A stretch of 64,000 bases of DNA, taken from NCBI GenBank assembly GCA_964016885.1, contig CAXHJY010000252.1, positions 102,271-166,270 on the forward strand. The letters run 5' to 3'. Position numbers and translations under genes: made by a program. The DNA comes from Eledone cirrhosa (taxonomy: Eukaryota). Below, piece after piece: positions 1 through 10,340 of this stretch. The notes under the pieces are model-generated. The model saw only the letters and a program-made list of their open reading frames with translations, made no database searches and was not told where the DNA came from. How positions within the stretch are numbered: the first letter of the stretch is position 1; every line of letters begins with the position of its first letter.

Positions 1-344
1 CCACCACCATCACCTCCACCACCACCACCACCACCACCACCACCGCCACCACCATCACCACCACCACCACCACCACCACCACCACCACCGCCACCACCAT
101 CACCACCGCCGCCACCATCACCTCCACCACTAGTAGTTCTGGTGGTGTTTCTGTTGTGGTTAGATATGTGTGTGCTGGTATGTTTGTTATTGTATGTCGG
201 GATGTGGATGTTCTGAATTATACACTGCGCATGTGCATATGCTTTGTATCTGTACATGTGTACATGCAGTCATTAGATAGATAGAAGTATGTATGTATGT
301 ATGTATCTATGTATGTGTATATGTATATATATATAGTTGTAATA

Positions 345-574
345 AAATGAAAAGGAAATTTCATTTCTCACTCTTAGTGATGATAGCTAACAAGCTTGAA
401 ACTAGTACATCGTTCCTGTGTCAGTGTTGAACAAAAAGGTGACGTGGTTGCCTTAACACCGTGCGGCATAAATTCAGGCTGTTCAGTTTGTTTACAAACG
501 AACAAAGCGGGCGCTATAATAAGCGTCCGCTAAACTGATGCGTACATATATGTATGTGTACCTGTATGTATATA

Positions 575-638
<64 letters not shown>

Positions 639-686
639 TGCTACTGTACGTCTGTATACATATATGTATGTACGTATACATACATA
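345..686 (+). mobile_element. Dispersed, partly inverted copy of family E
   Basis: 345-378 matches ~36033-36068 in the same orientation. 379-686 matches the reverse complement of the unit, starting inside the hammerhead core (TGATGA...GAAACTAGTACATCG). Confidence 0.85.
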
Positions 687-691
687 CTTAC

Positions 692-762
<71 letters not shown>

Positions 763-1004
763 AATTGAAATACTAGAGTGTGTTGGAGTTAAACACACTC
801 TTCATATTATAGAAATGACAGTATAGGATATAGCTCAATGTAATTAAACAGAGCCGAAGAATCATAAAAAATAAACCAAAGAAGCCTTCAATACATCAAA
901 AGTCTTTATTAGCCAATATCTTTATATATATATATCTTTATACATATATAAATATATACATTATATATATATATATATATCTTTATATATATATCTCTTT
1001 ATAC

Positions 1005-1079
<75 letters not shown>

Positions 1080-1111
1080 TATGTATATCTTTATATATAT
1101 ATATATGTGTG

Positions 1112-1143
<32 letters not shown>

Positions 1144-1145
1144 TA

Positions 1146-1927
1146 CTTTGGGAGGGTCATGTTGCGAATAAGAAACACACGCACCAGTAGCTTTCACTCC
1201 AATTTATTATAAATTAAATTTATAAATTTAAGAGATTTGTAAATTTCCGCTTGATTGGTTGGTTCCACAACCGGACGGTTGTTCATACATTGTCAAAGTT
1301 CTTTCGTCACACATTCTATGACCTCTTCACTGACTGGGGATTCTTTTCTTGTTTTGTGCCTCTCCTTCGTTCTGTCCTACGCCATCTTGTTTTTGTGTGT
1401 GTTGTGTGCTTATTTTGCGTGTGTGTTACATCCGGGTGTCTGTGTGTGTTTTTATTTGTTTATTTACATGTTACTGGTTGGTTGTTTGTTCTATGCGTGT
1501 GTGTGTTTTCATTTTGTCCTTAATTGTTACGTTTTTGACGTTGCTATTCAATTCATGTTTCCTATTTAATTTTGGTTGGAGTTCCTTTATGTTTATTGCC
1601 TCTGTGATCTGTCTAAACATTGCGTCTTTTCTGTGTGTAGATTTTATTTTTATTTCTATGTTCTCTAATTTGCCCTTGTGTTCTATTTTAGCATGTTGGT
1701 GGAGTATTGATGATTCTTTTCTATCTTGAAGTTCGCGCCAGTGTTCATTTATCCGTTCTCCTATACTACGAGCTGTCTCACCTATGTACACTATATTCTT
1801 ATCTTTACATTGTCCTTCAGTACATCTTATGCTATATACTATATTTCTAGTTTTACAGTTAATATGGGGGCTTAGTTTACAGATTATGCATTTCTTATCT
1901 ATACAGGGAGGTCTTTGAAAAGGGTAT
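1146..1927 (-). mobile_element. 5'-truncated PLE family B fragment (GIY-YIG domain + pLTR)
   Basis: ORF 1471-1791 YIGETARSIGERINEH...QPKLN. The 3' UTR carries a hammerhead with a mutated core (GTGAAGA, ~1291-1335) and ends in ATGACCCTCCCAAAGTA + (TA)n. Confidence 0.9.
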
Positions 1928-2145
1928 GTATTACTATCGTATATGTAACACTATCGACTTGCCTTCTGTCCAGTTGTTAGGGCCAGTAGTATTGACCTTA
2001 AAGAACCGAAACAACATATCTCCAGCGGCCATATCCATGTTTTTATTTCATATATATATATATTATATGTGTGTGCGTTGTGGGGGTGGGTGGGTGTATA
2101 TACTATATATATATACATACATATACATATGTATATATTTATATA

Positions 2146-2186
<41 letters not shown>

Positions 2187-2231
2187 TATACATATATATA
2201 TATATATATAAATTATATGTACATATATATA

Positions 2232-2293
<62 letters not shown>

Positions 2294-2348
2294 GTACATA
2301 TAATTTAGATAAATATAAATACATATATATGTATATGTATATATATAC

Positions 2349-2383
<35 letters not shown>

Positions 2384-2496
2384 TACATATATATAAACAC
2401 ACACACACGCATATAGGTATATGTGTGTGTATTTATGTGTATTAATTGTGTGTATGTATGTACATAATATATGTTCATGTGCAGTCCTATACTGGG

Positions 2497-2584
<88 letters not shown>

Positions 2585-2767
2585 TGTGTGTGTGGTCGAG
2601 GTGGATCAGGAAGAAATTAGTTTCGTGATAAGAATATCTTCTATAGAAAGAATTAAATTAATATATATCTCATATTTATATATTTTGTTTCTTTTATATT
2701 CAGTTATTTATTTCGTTTGTTTGTGCTGTTGTTGTAAACGTAGGAACGAGAATAGCTGCAGCTGGTG

Positions 2768-2841
2768 TTAACAACAGTAGCAGCAGCAGCAGCGGAAGCA
2801 ACAACACCAGTAACAACAACAACAGCAACAACAACAGTAGT

Positions 2842-2880
<39 letters not shown>

Positions 2881-3063
2881 AACAGTAACAAAAACAGTAA
2901 TAACAACAACAGCAACAATAACAACAGCAACAATAACAGTAACAAAAACAGCAATAACAACAACAGCAACAATAACAACAACAACTATTGCAACTGCAAG
3001 AAAACAATAACAAAAGCAATAACAAGAAAACAACAACAACAACAGCAGCAGCAGCAGCAACAA
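2768..3063. repeat. (CAA/CAG)n trinucleotide tract (similar tracts at 62375-62785 and 44100-44285)
   Basis: Direct inspection. Confidence 0.9.
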
Positions 3064-3069
3064 TTCTTT

Positions 3070-3775
3070 GCGTTGTGTTCTTGAACAAGAAACTTTATTT
3101 CACGTTGCTCCAGTTCACTCAGCTGCAGAAATGAGTTGTGACGTCACTGGTGCCAAGCTGTATCAGCCATTGCCTTTCCCTTGGACAACATCATATACAG
3201 TGTCTATATAATGTATAAGAATTGTTTCTATTTTTGGCACAAGGCCAGCAATTACCCAGTGCATTACTGGTACTTTATTTTATCGACCCCGTAAGGATGA
3301 AAGGCAAAGTTAACCTCGGCGGGATTTGAACTCAGATCATAAAGGGACGTAACTCTTTGCTGCAAAGCATGGCGTCCGACCCTATAATAATGTATATATA
3401 ATATATATATAATATATATATATATATAATGTATGTATATGTTGTGACGTCACTGGTGCCAAGCTGTATCGGCCATTGTCTTTCCCTTGGATAACATCAT
3501 ATATATAGTGTGTATATAATGTATAATAATATATATATATATATAGTGTATATATAATGTATGTATATGTTGTGACGTCACTGGTGTCAAGCTGTATCGG
3601 CCATTATCCTTCCCTTGGACAACATTGGTGGTGTGGAGAGGTGAGACTGGTATTCATGGGTGACTGGTGGCTGGTCTTTCACAAACAAACCTTGACCAGG
3701 CTTGTACCTCGGAGGGGAGCTTTCTAGGTGCAAACCGCACGGTCATTTGTGACCGAAGTGGGTATTTATCCTTTG
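3070..3775 (+). mobile_element. Probable second SINE-like element, interrupted, with a ~55-bp segment present three times
   Basis: gttgtgacgtcactggtgccaagctgtatc(a/g)gccatt...tcccttgga occurs at ~3135, 3441 and 3568. Confidence 0.4.
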
Positions 3776-3893
3776 TCCATTCTGTACATGAGTATGATAG
3801 CGGTGATTTTGGTTATAATAATGATGATATCAGATATATATCTCTTAGGCTCCAGATACATGTCCTAGAAGCTATCTATCTATCTATCTTTTT

Positions 3894-4235
3894 TCAAATA
3901 CCACTTTGGAAGAAGAATCAGGATGAAGAGAGAGGTGCTGTACCCCAGCAAGTTTTATGAAAGGTGGGTGAAAGTGGCGAGAATATCATCCTGTAGGTTG
4001 AGGAAAAGGAGGAGGAGAGGAAAGGAGTACAAACTCTTCGTACTCCTGGAGATGAGGTTGCACATTTTTTCGGGGGTATGTGTTACCCATATAAACTGTC
4101 TCCCCCTATTGGGGGAAAATCGACTAACTTTTTAAATTGCATTTGTGATAACATTTTACACGTTTTTATTGTATGTAAACTTCCCCCTTTGTATTTGGCC
4201 CCTTCTTTTGTGCCCCTGTGGCTAATAAAGAAACA

Positions 4236-4300
<65 letters not shown>

Positions 4301-4912
4301 CTCTATCTATCTATCTACCTATCGATCTATCTATCAGGGTGGAGAGAGAGGCACTGCACCCCAGTAAATTTACTGAAAGGTGGGTGAATGAAGCGAAAAT
4401 GGCCCGAGTGATTGGGACTTCTCTGTTTATAAGCCTGTAGGCTGAAGAAGAGAGCAAAAGGAAGAAAGGAGCACTTGCACAACACGCTCCTGCAGTTGAG
4501 GGTTGTTCTATCGACGGGGTAATAAACAACCCATTTGTGGCGCCTCCCCCTTATTGGGGATTTCGATTGTTGTAATTGTTTGTTTTTATATTTTTTACAC
4601 GACTGTATGTAAAATCCCCGGCATGTCTTTGTATTGTCCCCTTTTCGTGTGCGCCCTTGTGGCTAATAAAGAAATCTATCTATCTATCTATCTATCTATT
4701 TAAATGGGCGCCTGGCACCACGAGTGCCTTCAGGCGTTCATAGCCCTTTACCAAGCGGAAACGGCAATCAGCGGAGACTCCACTTAGACATTCTATAGGG
4801 GATTAGTGGAGGATAAGTGCGACGACGTTCTCAGGGAAACTCTAGGCATCGAGGAAGACGAACTGACCAGTCTGTTCGGGAAGACTTTCCGTCCAGGGCC
4901 TCTGGATAACAG
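3894..4912 (+). mobile_element. Three stacked L1/Tx1-type fragments separated by (TATC)n
   Basis: Two fragments read RI(R/M)xERExLxPSKFxERWV with a UTR ending gctaataaagaaa. The third reads LTSLFGKTFRPGPLDN, matching LANLFGRTFGPGSMDN at 49301. Confidence 0.72.
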
Positions 4913-4994
4913 CAGAGCTCAAGCCGTTTCGACGGCTATTTCAGAAATAGCCGTCGAAAGGGCTTGAGCTCTGCCGTCGGGGTCATACTTTTTC

Positions 4995-5056
<62 letters not shown>

Positions 5057-5339
5057 ACATGTGTATTTGCATGTATGAGTGTGTATGAGTATACTTTCGC
5101 GTGTGTCCTCAACAATTAACTGACATTCATACACTGATGTATTGTTATAAGTGGCAGCCATGTTGCTAAACTTTAACCCCTCCAAACACAAAAGAGTGAC
5201 TCATCATTCAACGTCATTCGCAGCTCCTGTCTATTTGATTTCACACAATTCTTATATTTAAATCTTCTATTTACCAACTCTGACTTTCTCTAGACTGCTT
5301 CCTTCAATTTCCCTGGCATTCTTTCAAATAAACCCATAT

Positions 5340-5387
<48 letters not shown>

Positions 5388-5399
5388 ATATATATATAT

Positions 5400-5458
<59 letters not shown>

Positions 5459-5497
5459 TATACATATATACATATATACATATATATATATGCATAT

Positions 5498-5543
<46 letters not shown>

Positions 5544-5549
5544 GCATAT

Positions 5550-5691
<142 letters not shown>

Positions 5692-5895
5692 ATATTTGGG
5701 GAGGGTCATATTTGCGTAATATTGCCAGAATTAATAACAGAACACACTCACTGTTTGGTTGGTTTTCGCTTCTCGCTGTCTTTTATATATATATATCTGC
5801 GATCTAGCTTACTCGGTCCTCAATGTTGCCATTGACTGACCGGCGGTCAAAAATAATACAGATACAATATAGACAAACACATATATATATAGTTT

Positions 5896-5937
5896 ACATA
5901 AATCTTTCGTTGCACATCTGCAACATCGTCAGTGGTG
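5896..5937 (-). ncRNA. Minimal hammerhead ribozyme-like motif in the family A pLTR
   Basis: Minus strand: acca CTGACGA t GTTGCA gatg TGCAAC GAAA gatt TA tgt. Core boxes and a 6-bp stem II are clear; stem I is weak. Confidence 0.7.
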
Positions 5938-6209
5938 TTATATTCATTGTTCCTCCTGTTGTGTTGTATGTCTACGCCATTTTTTTTGTTCAGTCTGTCT
6001 ATATATTTATTTATTTATTTGCTTGTTTGTTTATCTTATTTTATTTTGTCTTCTTTGCGCATGCGTTTGCGTGTGTGTATAGTGTTATGTGTGATGTGTG
6101 ATGTGTGACTAGTGTGTATAGTGTTGTCTGCTGGGTGACTAGTGTGTGTTTATGTGCTTGTGTATGTATTTATTTATCTTATTTTATTTAATTTAATTTA
6201 CTTATTTAT

Positions 6210-9200
6210 TTATACTTCTCTTAGGTCAGTGTTGTTTGTTTGGGTGTTGTTGTTGTTCCACTCATTCTTTCTGTTTAGCTTTGGTCTTCTAATTTCTATT
6301 TCACTGGCCTCTCTGATTTGCCTATCTGCTGGGTCATTCCTATGTTTAGATATTATTCTAATTTCTATGTTGTCTATGTTACCGTCATGATGTTGTCTAG
6401 CATGTTCGTATAGTACTGACCCGTTTTTTCGTCCTTTTAGTTCCCCCCAGTGTTGGTCTATCCTTTCACCTATGCTACGAGCTGTCTCACCTATGTATGT
6501 TGTTGTCGTGTTTCTGCAAGTACCCTCTGTACATCTTATGCTATAGACTACGTTTCTAGTTTTACAGTTTATCCGGGGGTTCACCTTACATATGATACAT
6601 TTCCTATTGGTACAGTGGGTTTTCTTAAAAGGGTAGGTTTTGCTGATCAGGGATTTTATGGTGGTTCCTGGCTTTTCTACCACCTTTATTTTTAAGTGGG
6701 TCTTTCTCAGGGCCTTTCTACACTGGTTAGCTAATTTCCCTCCAGGGGTGGCGTCCACAAACATGACACTCTGATATCTCTGGTTGTCGTACCATGATGT
6801 GGCCTTCCCTATCTTATGTCTAGCCCTATCTAAGCTATTCCATGATTTGCTCCTGTATAGTGGGCAAATTCCTTTCATGTCCAGTTCTATGAGGGTCTTA
6901 TACTTTTCCATGGCTCCTTCGTATACTCTGACTCTGTCTCTTTGGTTGTAGCCAGAGAACTGCATGCGGTTGATGAAGTGTTGGATGTGTCCTTCCATTT
7001 CTGTTGGGTCGCACATGATGGACACATTCTTCATCACTCGTACCAAATCTGCGATCAGAATATTAAACTTAGCACTACTGGACATTGCTGAGTTTTTGAG
7101 TATCAGGTATTTGGAGGCCATGGGTTTAGCATAGTGTGAGTGGAGAATTTGGGCTCTCTCGTCTATAGTGTTAATCCAGAGTTCTGTGTCTAATACAGGT
7201 AGTCTATTGTTAGGGTGTTTGGAAGGGAAGTCTATAGTTACAGTTATACTCTGGTGTATGGAATTAGCTATCTGCTGGATGCTTTCCATCGTGCTACGTT
7301 CTAAATCAAACTTGTTAGTGCTGTCTAGTGGGGGTGTTCTTATAACTATATTGATATCGTCTACATAACGAGAGTACATGATGAGGTCTATGGAGCTTTC
7401 ATTAAGGAGATCTTTAAGTCTCCTTTCCCACCATACCATGAAAAGGTTGGCAACATCGCCAGCTATGCTGACGCCGATGGCTGCTCCCTCATTTTGGGTG
7501 TAGATTTTCTCATTGAACTTAAATATGTGGCCCTTTAGGGTAGTTTTGATACTAGCCCCTATTGCATGTGCGACCATTTTTCTTACCTGATCAGTGTTTT
7601 GGGGGGTCCGTATAGCTTTGGTCCACCCAATCCACCTTCCTATGGGAGTCTTTTTAGCCATTGAGGTTATGGTGGGGGGTCTACCTCTTATAGGTCTACT
7701 AGGGCAGAAACATCTAAGGTCATGGCTGTCTAGGTAGTCAGTGTCGTAGGTAAGTCTAAGTAGGAGGCCCAGTTCGTCTGTGTCGACGTCGCAGAACTCC
7801 ACCTCACTCTCAATGATCATCTCCACACATCTTTTCACAGCAAAATCAATGTTAATGGATGGGTACAGTGACACCACATCCATGCTGCCTATTATGCAGT
7901 TGGATAGGCTCCTGTTTTTGTTGCACTCACTGATTCTGCTGAGGAGGTCCTCTGTACTTTCACATACATCTGGGGACATCTTGATTATGGGGCGTATAAC
8001 CATTGAGAGGAAGTAGGAGATCCTGTAGTTGCTAGCTATATTAGCTCCGCATACAGGTCTTGTTGGTGGTCCTATTGTCGGGTCGTCGACTGTCTTGTGG
8101 TCTTTGCGGAGCCCATACAAGGGTGGTATGCCATTGTTAGACGCCTGGAAGTTGTTGGCAGTGCGTCTGCTTGGCTTTAGGATGTCAGTCCACATCATCA
8201 TGTGAGCGTTGAGGATTTTTTCTCTCCCATCGTGTGTTAGTTGTGCAACTTCGCTCGTGTTGGTGATGTGGGGTTGCATTGCCTCGATGTAGTTCGGCAT
8301 GCTATCTATTGACATCCTACCAGACTTATCTGTGGGTAGACACACTACCTCACCATCCCTTGTGCGCTGCTTGAGGCTAACCAAGCCTTCTACAGGTTTT
8401 ATCCCAAGTTGTTGGGCCTCTGGTCTGCTCTGTCTCATAGTGTACCTGTCTACTACTTGTCTAATCTTATTTCTAGCTATGGTGAACTGTGCCTCCGTCT
8501 CGTCATCTATTTGTTGTGGTATGCAAACTCTTTTATTAAAGGGTAACCTCGTAGGATAGATATTACCCATCTTATATGTTTTGTCAGCTGGGTTGAAAAA
8601 TAGTTTCTCTAAGGGGTTGTCGTTATTTCTATCGTCATAGTTGTGTGTGTTGCTATTATTGTTATCATGGTGGTTGTTGTTGTTTCTATCCTTAGCATTA
8701 ATATTATTATTGTTATGATTGCTAGATGTATTGTTGTTTACTTCACCGTTATTGTTGTTGTTACTGCTATTTCTACCATTGTGGTTGTTACTATTATTAT
8801 GTTTCTTGTTTTTGTTGATGTTGCTACATGTACTATTTCCATTATTACCACTGTGGTTATTGTTGTTGTTGTTGTTCGTATTGTTACCGTTATTACTACT
8901 GTGGTCACTGTTGCTGTGTCTGTGGTTAACGTTTCTATTATTATTATTATTGTGGTTGTTGTTGTTCTGTCTATCGCTAGTATTATTACCATTATCACTA
9001 TTTCTCACTTTCCTGCCATTGTTATGGTTATGGCTGTTATTTCTATACCCAGAGTTATTGTTTATATTACTACTACCGTTATTATTGTTGTTGTTGTTTA
9101 CCTTTGCATTCCAACGTATTTTTGTGAAACACTTTTCCAGCTCCGTTTTGCATTCCATAGGATTAATTTTTTTGTAGATGGCAAATTTTGGTGGTAACTT

Positions 9201-9839
9201 TAGGATTTGTTGTTCTTGTTCACTGATTAAAGTGTTCCCATAGATATTTACTGTGTGGTCATTGGTAAATTCTTCCGGTAGTTTTACATCACTCATACGG
9301 ATGTTGTCGATGTTATCTGGGTATTTTTGAGAATATTCGATTTTCCTTTCTTGTAGTTTTTTCTTATTCATCCATTCTAATTTCTTCTTGAAATGCCTAC
9401 AGCATTCGTTTTGAGCATATTTCGTTTCGCGTCGGATGACGCTCATGAAGTCATCTCTCTCGTTTGCTGTGATGAGATTTCGGATTTCCTTACCGTTGAT
9501 GCGTTTTTGTCTGTAGAGTGCGTTGACTTTTGTGTATGTTGTTCTTTTCATATTAACTGTTATTGTGTGTTTTAGCCGTTCAGCTTGTGTTTTGTTCAAT
9601 AATAAATTATTTACTTGTTTTGATATGTTTGTTGTGTATGTTTTGGAGGAAACACAGTGTTTTAAGAAGCGGATTTGTTCTGTTGTTATTGTAGTTTTTA
9701 TATAACAGAAAACAGTGTCTTTCAATAACCTTTCAGCTTGGCACAAGCTAATGCCATAGCGGCGATGAATTAGTTTTGCGAGGTTTTTTATATGAAATCG
9801 TGTGTCGAAACAGATATTGTTATATTTGGGGAGGGTCAT
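6210..9839 (-). CDS. Intact PLE polyprotein (1209 aa): N-terminal basic region, Asn-rich tract, reverse transcriptase, Cys-rich linker, C-terminal GIY-YIG endonuclease
   Basis: RT motifs PPLYGLRKDHK, PTRPV, SMDVVSLYPSI, QNEGAAIG, YSRYVDD, LPVLDT. Linker CTNRKCIIC. GIY-YIG motifs VVYSIRC...YIGETARSIGERIDQH...REASEI...PKLN. Confidence 0.95.
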   Translation of the reverse strand: MTLPKYNNICFDTRFHIKNLAKLIHRRYGISLCQAERLLKDTVFCYIKTTITTEQIRFLKHCVSSKTYTTNISKQVNNLLLNKTQAERLKHTITVNMKRTTYTKVNALYRQKRINGKEIRNLITANERDDFMSVIRRETKYAQNECCRHFKKKLEWMNKKKLQERKIEYSQKYPDNIDNIRMSDVKLPEEFTNDHTVNIYGNTLISEQEQQILKLPPKFAIYKKINPMECKTELEKCFTKIRWNAKVNNNNNNNGSSNINNNSGYRNNSHNHNNGRKVRNSDNGNNTSDRQNNNNHNNNNNRNVNHRHSNSDHSSNNGNNTNNNNNNNHSGNNGNSTCSNINKNKKHNNSNNHNGRNSSNNNNNGEVNNNTSSNHNNNNINAKDRNNNNHHDNNNSNTHNYDDRNNDNPLEKLFFNPADKTYKMGNIYPTRLPFNKRVCIPQQIDDETEAQFTIARNKIRQVVDRYTMRQSRPEAQQLGIKPVEGLVSLKQRTRDGEVVCLPTDKSGRMSIDSMPNYIEAMQPHITNTSEVAQLTHDGREKILNAHMMMWTDILKPSRRTANNFQASNNGIPPLYGLRKDHKTVDDPTIGPPTRPVCGANIASNYRISYFLSMVIRPIIKMSPDVCESTEDLLSRISECNKNRSLSNCIIGSMDVVSLYPSINIDFAVKRCVEMIIESEVEFCDVDTDELGLLLRLTYDTDYLDSHDLRCFCPSRPIRGRPPTITSMAKKTPIGRWIGWTKAIRTPQNTDQVRKMVAHAIGASIKTTLKGHIFKFNEKIYTQNEGAAIGVSIAGDVANLFMVWWERRLKDLLNESSIDLIMYSRYVDDINIVIRTPPLDSTNKFDLERSTMESIQQIANSIHQSITVTIDFPSKHPNNRLPVLDTELWINTIDERAQILHSHYAKPMASKYLILKNSAMSSSAKFNILIADLVRVMKNVSIMCDPTEMEGHIQHFINRMQFSGYNQRDRVRVYEGAMEKYKTLIELDMKGICPLYRSKSWNSLDRARHKIGKATSWYDNQRYQSVMFVDATPGGKLANQCRKALRKTHLKIKVVEKPGTTIKSLISKTYPFKKTHCTNRKCIICKVNPRINCKTRNVVYSIRCTEGTCRNTTTTYIGETARSIGERIDQHWGELKGRKNGSVLYEHARQHHDGNIDNIEIRIISKHRNDPADRQIREASEIEIRRPKLNRKNEWNNNNTQTNNTDLREV

Positions 9840-10025
9840 ATTTGCGTAATATTGCCAGAATTAATAACAGAACACACTCACTGTTTGGTTGGTTTTCGCT
9901 TCTCGCTGTCTTTTATATATATATATCTGCGATCTAGCTTACTCGGTCCTCAATGTTGCCATTGACTGACCGGCGGTCAAAAATAATACAGATACAATAT
10001 AGACAAACACATATATATATAGTTT

Positions 10026-10067
10026 ACATAAATCTTTCGTTGCACATCTGCAACATCGTCAGTGGTG
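10026..10067 (-). ncRNA. Minimal hammerhead ribozyme-like motif in the internal family A pLTR
   Basis: Identical to 5896-5937. Confidence 0.7.
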
Positions 10068-10340
10068 TTATATTCATTGTTCCTCCTGTTGTGTTGTATG
10101 TCTACGCCATTTTTTTTTGTTCAGTCTGTCTATATATTTATTTATTTATTTGCTTGTTTGTTTATCTTATTTTATTTTGTCTTCTTTGCGCATGCGTTTG
10201 CGTGTGTGTATAGTGTTATGTGTGATGTGTGATGTGTGACTAGTGTGTATAGTGTTGTCTGCTGGGTGACTAGTGTGTGTTTATGTGCTTGTGTATGTAT
10301 TTATTTATCTTATTTTATTTAATTTAATTTACTTATTTAT

